Assembly (NCBI GenBank): GCA_963845755.1
Contig: CAWJTV010000041.1
Coordinates: 672,001 to 736,000 of the forward strand
Length of the DNA stretch: 64,000 nt
Source of the DNA: an uncultured Planctomycetota bacterium
Lineage (GTDB): Bacteria > Planctomycetota > Planctomycetia > Isosphaerales > Isosphaeraceae
Direction: 5' to 3'
The translations under genes were made by a program, and so were the position numbers. Shown piece after piece: positions 33,888 to 43,383 of the stretch (positions are counted from its first letter, which is position 1; each line of letters starts with the position of its first letter). Under the pieces are notes generated by a model. The model searched no databases and was not told where the DNA came from. It was given only the letters and a program-made list of their open reading frames with translations.

Positions 33888-34730
33888 TCAACGGGCGGCC
33901 GGGAGCGGCTGGTTTTTCTGCGGCTGCGCGGCCTCCAACTCATCCTCATCCTTGGCCGCCTCGGGGTGTTTCTCGCGGACCCAGTCGTAGCCCTGATCTT
34001 CGAGCCGCTTGACCAGCTCGGAGCCGCCGTCCTCGACGATCCGGCCACCGAAGAGGATATGGACGAACTGGGGCTTGATGTAGTTGAGGATCCGCTCGTA
34101 GTGGGTGATGACCAGCACGCCGGTGCCGTGCCGCGCCGCGACCCGATTGACTCCCTCGGAGACGATGCGGACCGCGTCGATATCCAGGCCGCTGTCGGTC
34201 TCGTCGAGGATGGCGAAGGCCGGGCGGAGCATGGCCATCTGGAGGATCTCGGCCCGTTTCTTCTCGCCGCCGGAGAATCCTTCGTTGAGGTAACGCCGGG
34301 CGAATTCCTGGTCGACGCCCAGCTCGTCCATCTGTTCGCGCATCTCCTTGCGGAAGTCGCGCATGGGGATCAGGTCCTCGCCCTCTTTGCGATGGGGGTT
34401 GCGGACGTTCGTCACGGCATGACGGAGGAAATTGGCCACCGATACGCCAGGGATCGAGGTCGGATACTGGAAGGCCAGGAACAGCCCAGCCTTGGCCCGC
34501 TCATCAGCCTCCATGGCCAGGAGGTCCTGGCCGTCGAGTGTGATTGAGCCCTCGGTCACCTCGTAGCGAGGGTGCCCTGCCAGGGCATAGCTCAAGGTGC
34601 TCTTCCCCGAGCCATTGGGCCCCATCAGGGCGTGCACTTCTCCCTGCCGGAGGGTGAGATCGACTCCGCGAAGGATCTCCTTGCCGTCGATCGCCACATG
34701 CAGGTTCTGGATGGAAAGGACCTTGCTCAT
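33888..34730 (-). CDS. sufC: Fe-S cluster assembly ATPase SufC
   Basis: GPNGSGKST, FLAFQYP, NEGFSGGEKKR, LDETDSGLDID, ITHY. Confidence 0.96.
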   Translation of the reverse strand: MSKVLSIQNLHVAIDGKEILRGVDLTLRQGEVHALMGPNGSGKSTLSYALAGHPRYEVTEGSITLDGQDLLAMEADERAKAGLFLAFQYPTSIPGVSVANFLRHAVTNVRNPHRKEGEDLIPMRDFRKEMREQMDELGVDQEFARRYLNEGFSGGEKKRAEILQMAMLRPAFAILDETDSGLDIDAVRIVSEGVNRVAARHGTGVLVITHYERILNYIKPQFVHILFGGRIVEDGGSELVKRLEDQGYDWVREKHPEAAKDEDELEAAQPQKNQPLPAAR

Positions 34731-34749
34731 CAACGCCTCTCGTCGTTCG

Positions 34750-35409
34750 TCATTGGTCATTGGTCATGGTTGGCTCGGGAGTCGGAGAGGGGACCGGCTT
34801 GACCTGGAAGTCGCAGAAGCGATCGCCGTCGAGCCGGCACTGACTGAGTCGCAACCCCCGCCCCAGCACCTTTTCGAACATCTTGCGTTCCAGGGCACAG
34901 ATGGCGCGGTCGGCCTCGGCGAGCTCGTAGTACGGGCAGGAATGCTGGCGGAGGATCGGGAACGCCCCGCCTTCCCGGGCCACCTCGACCTCGACACCAC
35001 GGTCGTGCAGCAGGTTGGTGAGCTGGACCAGCCGGCCTTCCCACTCCTGACCGCTCACCTGGCACCGATACACCTCGGCCAGCCGCTCGGTGATCCGCGT
35101 GAATAGGAGCCGCCTCAGCTTGCGGTCGGCCACCGTGCTCATCATCTCTTCCCAGAGGACAAAGGCAAGCTCCGCGTAATTCTGGCCCAGCCTCTTCTGC
35201 GCCTCGACGCTCGCCCGGTAGGTATGCCGGGGACGCCCGCGCCCGCCGTGCTCGATCCGACGCTCGACCAGTCCGGAGCCGAGTAGCCGCGCCAGCCGGT
35301 TGCGGATCGCCGTCCCGGTCACGCCCAGGTCCGTGCCCATCTCCGCCACCGTCATCGGCCCCCGACGACGGATCAAATCCAGCAACTCGCGATCCGACGA
35401 CTCGGTCAT
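34750..35409 (-). CDS. SufR-like HTH transcriptional regulator with C-terminal Cys cluster
   Basis: HTH LGVTGTAIRNRLARL, GRGRP, CPY...C..E...C....DRFC. First gene of the suf operon. Confidence 0.85.
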   Translation of the reverse strand: MTESSDRELLDLIRRRGPMTVAEMGTDLGVTGTAIRNRLARLLGSGLVERRIEHGGRGRPRHTYRASVEAQKRLGQNYAELAFVLWEEMMSTVADRKLRRLLFTRITERLAEVYRCQVSGQEWEGRLVQLTNLLHDRGVEVEVAREGGAFPILRQHSCPYYELAEADRAICALERKMFEKVLGRGLRLSQCRLDGDRFCDFQVKPVPSPTPEPTMTNDQ

Positions 35410-35524
35410 CGAAGCTACTCCGTCGCGGTAAAGCCTTTGGCTCGCCTCACTCGAACCTCTCGATCCCAGGAATTGTAAGGGTTCCCCATCCGGTCGTCCA
35501 TGAGACGGAGCCCGCTTTTTCGCC

Positions 35525-35550
35525 TTTTTCGCAAGATTAATTGCGAAAAA
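35525..35550. promoter_or_regulatory. Perfect inverted repeat upstream of the suf operon (candidate SufR operator)
   Basis: TTTTTCGCAA-GATTAA-TTGCGAAAAA, about 115 bp upstream of the regulator ATG. Confidence 0.6.
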
Positions 35551-35806
35551 ACAAAGGGGTGTCTCCGAACTCATCGCTACAGAAAGGGTTGAGGCGAATT
35601 CTTCCCAGGGCCATCGAACAGGTGAGTCGTTCATGCTTGGCCCGGCAGCAGGAATTCCCCCAGACACGATCGGGTCGTCGTCGCCGAGGACTGCGCCAGG
35701 GGAATTCTGCCGATCGCGACGAACTTGCTGACTGGAGTGGTGAGTGCTCTCCAGCCGGTCGGACGGGTTCTGCCGATTTGTGGAGGATTCATCGGACAGG
35801 CGGCTT

Positions 35807-35871
35807 GCGCGGGCGGTTGGCTTCGTTTTGCGGCCTTCGGGATGCTCTCGCGCGGGCGGTTGGCTTCGTTT
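35807..35871. repeat. 22-bp direct repeat x2
   Basis: GCGCGGGCGGTTGGCTTCGTTT at 35807-35828 and 35850-35871. Confidence 0.75.
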
Positions 35872-36419
35872 CGCGATTTCGGGTTCCTGCAATGCGTGGG
35901 TTCCTGGTTCGTTCGTCAGAACGCGATGATATCAAGTCCGGATTGATGGATCATCCAATCAAGCTGTCAGGCTCAGTTGCATTACCATGGGGGAGGGAAA
36001 TCAACTTGAGGGCGAAGGCGCTGTTTTCAACTGGGGCACCGATCCCGGCGATTTGTGCTCGCGAGCAACCTCTCGGAACTCGAGGAAGAAGGAGCCTCAT
36101 TCTTTAGGATGCCGCAACTTTCAGAAAACGAAAACGCATTTTGGCCGAAATGGGTGAGATCATTGACCTAAATCCTTACGTGGCAGGGAGAAAAAATTTT
36201 TGAAGATTTCGGAGTGCCGGTGGATTAGGGCCTGGTTCAAACCAGTAACACTCGGCGGCTCAAAGTTCCTGGTAGCCTGGCCCGAAATCTTGATTCCGGC
36301 AGTAGTTACGGACGGGATAGCAGGCCGTGCATCCCCAAAAGCGCTACCTTGGCTCCGTACGAATTGAACCAGGCCTGGATTAATCTCTACCGCACGCGGT
36401 CAGAAATGAGACATTCCAT

Positions 36420-36479
36420 ACCAACCCGAAGTGTAAACGAGGCAACGGTTTGACGCCCTCGCTCACGCTTCGGGTTAGT
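36420..36479. repeat. REP-like inverted repeat
   Basis: AACCCGAAGTGTAAACGAGG ... CCTCGCTCACGCTTCGGGTT imperfect dyad, downstream of the gene ending at 36519. Confidence 0.7.
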
Positions 36480-36518
36480 GTCCCCAGAGGCCACGTGCAG
36501 GATAACTTCGCTATCCGA

Positions 36519-37551
36519 TCAGACCGTGCCAGTCCCGCTCGGAAGGCCGGCCGAGGTCGTCCCCACGGGGGTCGTGCCCAAGGCGGTTCCGGTCGTCGTT
36601 CCGGTTCCGGTCGTCGTTCCGGTTCCGGTCGTCGTTCCGAGTCCGGTCGTCCCCGTCCCGCTGGTCGCGAGTCCGGTCGTCCCCGACCCAATCGATCCAA
36701 GGCCAGTGGAGAGCCCCGTCGTGAACGGACTGATCGGAGCGAACGGGCCCAGAGGTGTGATCGCGAAGGCTGTCTGAAAAGTGTTGAAATTCGAGTTGAA
36801 TTGCCCCAAGAGGCTGTTGAAGGTGGCTAAATTGGTCGTGGCAGGGTTGGGGAGGCTCAAGTTGAGGGGTTGGATCGCAGTGTTCAGGGCCGAAACTCCG
36901 CTGGTTGTCGGCGTTGACGGCTGGTAGTTGGCGATCGCATTGAAGACCGAGAGGAACGTACCCTGGAGATTGTTATTCGCCGTCTGGAGCTCGCTGACGC
37001 CCATGCCTTGGAATGCGGTCTCCGCAGCCTCGAAGTTCGCCCGGACTTCGGTGATCGCCGGCTCGAACGCCGGCATGGCCAGCACGGATCGCTGTCGCCT
37101 CGTCGCGAGTTGCTTGTTGAAGTTCCGCGTGAGCCGATTCAGCTGATCATCGAAGTTCGCGAGGAGCCCGTTGTATTCCTGGTCGACTGCGATGGACGCA
37201 TCGTCCAGGCTGTTCGCATCTTTGTCGACGTTCAAGATGGCACCCGTGTTGACCCGGGCCACGGTTTGGCTGAGTGTCGCCTGGTAATTCGCGATGTCCG
37301 CTTCGATTCGGGTTTCGATGTTGCTCTGAAGGTGGTTGAGCTTCGACGTGAACCGGTTGTTGAGATGGTCGATGACCGCCTGGAACCGGGCATTCGATCC
37401 TGGGCCGTGCGCGGATGGCGCGCGCCACCTCGGCGGCATGCGTCGCATGGGTACCGACTGGCGAAGTGGCCGAGAGGAGGATCCGATCATCGAGCAACTC
37501 GACGGCAAGTTCGGCTTTCCTCTTCCTCTGCAAGTTTTGTCTGCGAAACAT
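36519..37551 (-). CDS. Secreted/surface protein with LEPR-xLL-like leader, helical Asn/Gln-rich core and Thr/Gly-repeat tail (frameshift near 37410)
   Basis: MFRRQNLQRKRKAELAVELLDDRILLS leader. GTTTGT tandem repeats (18-bp units at about 36588-36650). Confidence 0.7.
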
Positions 37552-37880
37552 GATGAATCTCTTGGGTGATCCTGGAGGACCGGTGGTACGGCACCGGCGA
37601 TCCTCCGTCTGCCCGGAGACCCGTACCAACATCCAGCCAGCAGTTCGAAAGACCAAACGGCTGCCCGCACGCTCGTCGCGCGATCGCAACAGCGCGGGCA
37701 TCCGGCCTGTCCGTTGTCTCGTGCAGGCATGACGCCTGCATCTCATCCACCTACCCCCCGAACGATCGGGCTTCGTGAGGCGAAGGGAGGAACTACCGAG
37801 GCGGTAGGCGGTAACACGGGGTGGTGCGCGTCGGCCCCGCGGCGCGGGGCTCGAAAATCCGCGTTCTCATTACACTTTCT

Positions 37881-37896
37881 TGCACAATGGATGCCA
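37881..37896 (-). promoter_or_regulatory. Candidate sigma-54 -24/-12 promoter
   Basis: Minus-strand TGGCATCCATTGTGCA (GG-N10-GC) with an AT-rich tract at about 37910-37980 upstream. Confidence 0.45.
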
Positions 37897-38219
37897 GGCC
37901 ATGGGGTGAACAGAAATCTCGTTGAGACATTATTTTTTAATTTATCGATTCAAAATACTATTAATGAAACTGTATGTCTATGTCGCAGGGAGGGGTGACT
38001 TCGTTTCGCGAGGCTCGGCGTTCCATTCGAGAGCCACCGTTGGTGGGACGTTCACCGGCAGCCGGCGAGCCATCGATAGGGTGGGGGGATCGGCAAGACG
38101 GTAGAATGAGTTCAAGGTCAGGATTCTGGGTCCCTTGTTTCGCCGGCCCGAGTTCAGGGAAGGGAGCGGAAACGAGAGGATCCCCGCGCAAGACAACCGT
38201 TGCGAGGGCAAGAGCACAC

Positions 38220-39656
38220 ATGGTCAACCCCGATGTCTACGACAATCCCCTGATCGGCCGATACGCCAGTCCGCCGATGACCCATCTGTGGTCGCCTCAG
38301 GCGAAGTTCTCGACATGGCGGCGGCTCTGGGTCGCGCTGGCCGAGGCCCAGCGCGACCTCGGGTTGACGATCACCGAGGAACAGATCGCGGCTCTGAGAT
38401 CCCAGGTCGATACCATCGACTTCGAGGCAGCCGAGGGGTACGAGCGGCGCTTCCGGCACGATGTCATGGCGCACATCCACGCCCTGGGCGATGCCGCGCC
38501 CGCGGCGCGACCGATCATCCATCTGGGGGCGACGAGCTGTTACGTCACCGATAATGCCGACCTGATCCTGATGCGCGCGGCCCTCCAACTCATCCGCGAA
38601 AAGACGGTTGCTGCGATCGACGCCCTGGCCCGATTCGCCGAGAGTCACAAAAGCTTGCCTTGCCTGGGTTACACCCACTTCCAACCCGCGCAACTGGTGA
38701 CGGTCGGCAAGCGCGCGACGCTCTGGTGCTACGAGTTGATCCTCGACCTGTCGGAAATCGAGCGGCGGATCGCGGAATTGAAGTTCCTGGGCGTCAAGGG
38801 GACAACGGGCACTCAGGCGAGTTTCCTGGAGCTTTTCGACGGAGACGACGCCAGGGTTGACGCCCTGGATCAGCAGGTGGCCGCGGCGTTCGGCTTCGAG
38901 CGGACCTATCCGGTCTCCGGCCAGACGTACTCGCGCGAAGTTCGACGCGCAGGTGCTGGCCGCGCTGGCGGGGATCGCCGAGAGCGCCCACCGGTTCGGC
39001 ACCGACTTGAGGCTGCTGGCCCACGAGCGCGAGGTCGAGGAACCATTCGAGGCTCAGCAGATCGGCTCCTCGGCCATGGCTTACAAGCGCAACCCCATGC
39101 GAGCGGAGCGGATGTGCGCGCTCAGCCGATTCGCGATGGCCTTGCCGGCGGCCGCCGGTCACACGGCGGCGACCCAGTGGCTGGAACGCACGCTCGACGA
39201 TAGTGCGGTCCGCCGCCTGACCGTGCCCCAGGCCTTCCTGGCCATCGACGCGGTCCTGAACCTGTATCTCAACGTCGTGCCGGGCCTGGTCGTCCATCCC
39301 GCGGTGATTTCGCGCCACGTCGCCGAGCAACTCCCGTTCATGGCGACCGAGAACCTGCTCATGGCGGCGGTGCAGGCTGGCGGCGATCGCCAGGATTTGC
39401 ACGAGAGGATCCGCGTTCATGCCCTGGCGGCCGCGGACCGATTGAAGGAGGGGGCCGCCGACAATGACCTGCTCAACAGGATCCGCAACGACCCGACTTT
39501 CCCGCCGCTCGATTTCGAGGGAGTTCTCGACCCGCGCCGCTATATCGGCCGATCGGTCCGCCAGGTCGAGGAGTTCCTCGGCGCGAGGTCGAGCCGATCC
39601 GCCGGCGCTATCCCGACCGGCCTGTCGAGGACCCGAATTCCCTGGTGCGCGTCTGA
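38220..39656 (+). CDS. purB: Adenylosuccinate lyase (frameshifts near 38940 and 39581)
   Basis: [48 protein letters not shown]. Confidence 0.95.
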
Positions 39657-39662
39657 CCCTCT

Positions 39663-39717
39663 TGAAGGATGAAGGATGAAGGTTGAGTCAGAAAAGACGG
39701 GTCGAATTCATCCTTCA
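39663..39717. repeat. Inverted heptamer repeats (TGAAGGA)n / TTCATCCTTCA between convergent purB and rpsU
   Basis: 3 units at 39663-39683 and a complementary arm at 39707-39717. Confidence 0.65.
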
Positions 39718-39730
39718 GCCTTGCCGAATA

Positions 39731-39925
39731 TCAGACCCGTGAGGGTTGGTGCTGGCGGGCCTTGCGCAGGCGCTTGAGCTCCTCTCGGCGTCGCCGCTCG
39801 CTGGGCTTCTCGTAGTAGGCTTTGCGACGCATTTCCTTGCGAAGACCGCTTCGCTCGCATAGTTTGCGGAAGCGGCGGACCGCCTCCTGGATCGATTCGC
39901 CGGCACGCACCCGTAACTTCACCAC
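39731..39925 (-). CDS. rpsU: 30S ribosomal protein S21
   Basis: [39 protein letters not shown]. Confidence 0.95.
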   Translation of the reverse strand: MVKLRVRAGESIQEAVRRFRKLCERSGLRKEMRRKAYYEKPSERRRREELKRLRKARQHQPSRV

Positions 39926-40434
39926 AGGCCAAATCTCCCATTTCTTCTGGATGTTGGGAACGGTCACGTTCGCGAGGCGGATCGTCTCGATGAGGATCGA
40001 TCGATCGGCCGCCGCGCCAATCCGAAATCCGGCCCGCCTCGTCCGGATCCGTCGCGAGGGACACGGCTACACCGGACCGCCACCGTTTGTTCGGGCTCGC
40101 TTCGCCAGGGGGGGCGGCCATCCCCATCTGCGCTGGAGAGGAATCCGTCCCGAGGTGACAAGCCGATCGATCCGTTTTCAAACCCGCAAGCGGTGAGAAT
40201 TCCTCATGATACCAATCGGCGCGCGCCACGCCAAGAGGACAAAATTCCTCGGTAGTCGTCGGAAAATGGAGGGAGTCGCTGAGGAATGGGTCTTGATCAA
40301 TCATCATCCTTTCCGTAGCGGCCACTTCAAAGGTGGCGTCGTTCGGTGGCGAGCGGTCAATAAAGACAAAAACTGAGACTGTCGCAAGAGAACCGGATTC
40401 TCTTCAGAGGGAATCTCGGTGGGCACATGGGATC

Positions 40435-40548
40435 CTCGTTCCCACGCTCCCGCGTGGGAACGTCCGCTCGAGAGGCTCCGCGTCGCCGGGTCCCACAGGC
40501 CGCGGAGCGGCCAGAAGAGCCGTTCCCACGCCGGAGCGTGGGAACGAG
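40435..40548. repeat. REP doublet (REPIN/BIME-like)
   Basis: CTCGTTCCCACGCTCCCGCGTGGGAACG ... CGTTCCCACGCCGGAGCGTGGGAACGAG in inverted arrangement, with an inner GCTCCGCG/CGCGGAGC dyad. Confidence 0.75.
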
Positions 40549-40700
40549 ATCACCCGGTGTCCTCGCTACCGTGTCCAAAAAACTTGTGGATTTGCTAACT
40601 GCTAGCCACTCTCAATTCATGGAACGACAAAGGCCGGCCCGAACCGCGAGGATGCGGTTGGCCGGCCTCTTGAGGGCGGGGATCTCGATGTCTCTTCGCC

Positions 40701-41934
40701 TCAGGCGAGGAGCTCGTCGGCCTTGGGGAGGAGCCTGGCGAAGTCGAGCTTATTGGGACAGGCCTGGCGGGCGGCCTCGAGGTCGGCGCCGGTCCAGTTT
40801 TGCGCGGCGGGGTCCATCTGGGAATAGAGCCGGCGCGCCTCGGAGCGGTAGCCGTGGTGCTCGTGGTAGGTGAGGAACCGCGTCAGGTTGCCCAGCTCGG
40901 CCGTCGTGCCGGCGGCCTGGCTGCATCGGCCGTCGCAGGAGGCGCACATCGTCGGGCCCGCGGCGATGCAGGCGTCGCGCAGCCGGTCGATCTGAGCGGT
41001 CGTCATCGGCTTGAAGGTCCGCGCGGCGTCGGCATTCTCGCGGACCTGGTCGGTGTTTCGCATCGAGACGCAGCACGATGCGAAACGCTCGTCGGTCCAG
41101 ATCGCGTGGAGCAGAGCCTGGTAGGGGGTCAGCTTCTTCTCCTTGAGTTCCGGGAGCCTTCGGGCGATCTCCTGGAGATTCACGTTGCCCGCGACTTGTT
41201 TCATCGAGATCAGACCGATGCCGGCCTTGTGGCAAGCATCGAGCGCACGATTCATCGCGTCTTCCTGGGCACTCCAGGGATTGTTCTGGAGCATGATCGC
41301 GTTGACAAACCCGCCTTTCACGGCTTCCTCGAGGATCTCCGGCCGGCGGGGATGATGGGTCGAGAACCCGACGAACTTGGCCTTGCCCGACTTCTTGATC
41401 GCCTCGGCGGTCTCCTTGAATTCCCGGCTGCTCGGCCACTTGACCTCGGTCGTGATGTCGTGGTCGCCCACGGCGTGGAGGAAGATGAGGTCGAGGTAGT
41501 CGGTTTGGAGCTGCGCGAGCCGCTGGTCGAGATTCTTGAGAAGCTCCCGGGGCGAGGCCACGGCGTGATACTTGGTGACGAGGAACAGATCCTTGCGGGC
41601 TTCCGGCATCGTCTTGAGCCAGCGCGCGATCATCGGCTCGGAGCCGTAACTCTGGGCCGTGTCGAAGTAGCGGACGCCGTTGCTCCAGGAATAGCGGAGC
41701 AATCGCTCGCCGCCCGAGCTCCTCCAGGTACCCTGGGTGAGAATCGTCACGTCCACGCCGGTTCTGCCCAGTTTGCGCCGGGCAGCACGGCGGATCCGGT
41801 CGGCTTGGGGACGTCTTGCGCGCGGCGGACGCCGTCTCTGTCAGAGTTGCGGCGACGGCCAGCGCGCCGGCGCCAGCCTCCAGGAATCCGCGGCGGTTGA
41901 TCGGTCGGTACTGGTCCGGACCGTAGTCCTGCAT
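40701..41934 (-). CDS. Tat-exported aldo/keto reductase with C-terminal Cys cluster (frameshifts near 41822 and 41780)
   Basis: NRRGFL Tat motif, FDTAQSY, LVTK, LQTDYLDL, GFSTH, CASCDGRC, CPNKL. Confidence 0.88.
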
Positions 41935-42112
41935 GAGACTTCTCCTCGCTGTCTGGTGACAGGGCGATGCGACGTTCCCGGGCTGGTTGGTTCCTTCGAA
42001 CACAACGAACCATTTAAGCTTACCTAACCTAATCGACCTGGGCCCCGCTGTCGAGACGCGTCAGGGCGCCTTACGGCGGTCGAATTGTCGCATGAGTGCG
42101 AGGCGGCGGTCA

Positions 42113-42517
42113 TCAACGGATGGTCGCGTGGACTACCAGGAAGAGTAGTACGGCGGCCACGAACGCGAGTGCGACGATGACCAGGATTCCCTGGAGCAGG
42201 AAGAGGCTCCGAAGCTTGGTGAATCCCTGGATCAGATAGGCCTGGTCGGCCACGTCGGTCATTGCGACGCTCTTGAACGCCTTGGCGGCCTGGAGCGACC
42301 ACGTGGCGATCGCGATGTGAAGGATCAGGTTGGGGAGCTGGCCGAAGTTGCGCTGCGGAAGCAGGAGGCTGATGATATCGCCCACCGCGGCGATGACATT
42401 CAACCAACCCACGACCGCCAGCCAGAAGGACAGCGATTTGATTTGAGTCTCGGCGGCGGCTGTGAAGGGAATCCGGCTCAACCCGCCCGGATCGGTGGTG
42501 TCTGGAATCTCCGACAT
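42113..42517 (-). CDS. DUF5362-like membrane protein
   Basis: 3 TM segments, VAMTDVADQAYLIQGFTKL. Confidence 0.65.
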   Translation of the reverse strand: MSEIPDTTDPGGLSRIPFTAAAETQIKSLSFWLAVVGWLNVIAAVGDIISLLLPQRNFGQLPNLILHIAIATWSLQAAKAFKSVAMTDVADQAYLIQGFTKLRSLFLLQGILVIVALAFVAAVLLFLVVHATIR

Positions 42518-42530
42518 GTTGTCCTCGCTT

Positions 42531-43070
42531 TCAGGATCCGGCCGAGATCTTGGCCACCAGGGTGATTCCAGCGGTGATTGCCACCAGCGCCGCGGTCACG
42601 CCGAGCAGGACGCTGACCTTCAAATACGTTTTGAGCTGCGTGATCCCGGCCGTGATGTAGTCTTGATCGGCGACATCGGTGCGGGCAACGCGGTCGAAGT
42701 CGTCGGCCGCTTGATAGAGCACGAAACCCAGCACGGTCCCCACTGCGGCCAGGATCAGTGCGAAGGCCCCCAGAGCATAGAAGCTGACCTGATTCTCTGA
42801 AATCAGGCGACGCACCTTGTCCATCGGAATGTGTTCGGTGCGGTCACCGACGGTCACCGCAATCGTAGCCGCGCTGGAGGCGGGGGTCGGGGCCGAGTTC
42901 AATACGGCCCCGATGTAAATGATTCCCACCAGCAAGAGGAACACCGTCATCAGTCCGCCGACAACCTTGATGGCGCCGATGAAGCGCATCCAGCGCGCCA
43001 TGCTCAGGATCATCAATTCGTCACGCACCCGGAAGGGAATCCGCGACAGCGAGTTCTCGTTCAAGATCAA
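42531..43070 (-). CDS. DUF5362-like membrane protein (paralog of neighbour)
   Basis: MARWMRFIG, VARTDVADQDYITAGITQL. Confidence 0.65.
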   Translation of the reverse strand: MILNENSLSRIPFRVRDELMILSMARWMRFIGAIKVVGGLMTVFLLLVGIIYIGAVLNSAPTPASSAATIAVTVGDRTEHIPMDKVRRLISENQVSFYALGAFALILAAVGTVLGFVLYQAADDFDRVARTDVADQDYITAGITQLKTYLKVSVLLGVTAALVAITAGITLVAKISAGS

Positions 43071-43383
43071 CCCTCCACATCATTCCCGGCCGGCCCGACT
43101 GCGCCGGAATCATGGCTCGACCGCCACATTCGGATTTGTCAGTGACACAATACCCCCTCGAGAGGGCGCCTGCAAGGAGCCACAACCTTGCTCGGCACCG
43201 TGGCCGCGGTCACGTTCCGGGGGTATCCTGTTAAGGATAGATCAATTGGGAAGCCCATTTCCTTTCAAGGCGGGAACACCATGGTCGTGTCGGTTGTGAG
43301 AGATTAATGACCGGATGTGCCCATGAAGAATCCGCCATTGGCGCGCGGTTCGCAACCCTGGACGTCCTTGAGGTTGAAGACCG

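Noticed and set aside
35807..35871. Possible mini-CRISPR
   Set aside because: Only two 22-bp repeats with a 21-bp spacer and no cas genes.
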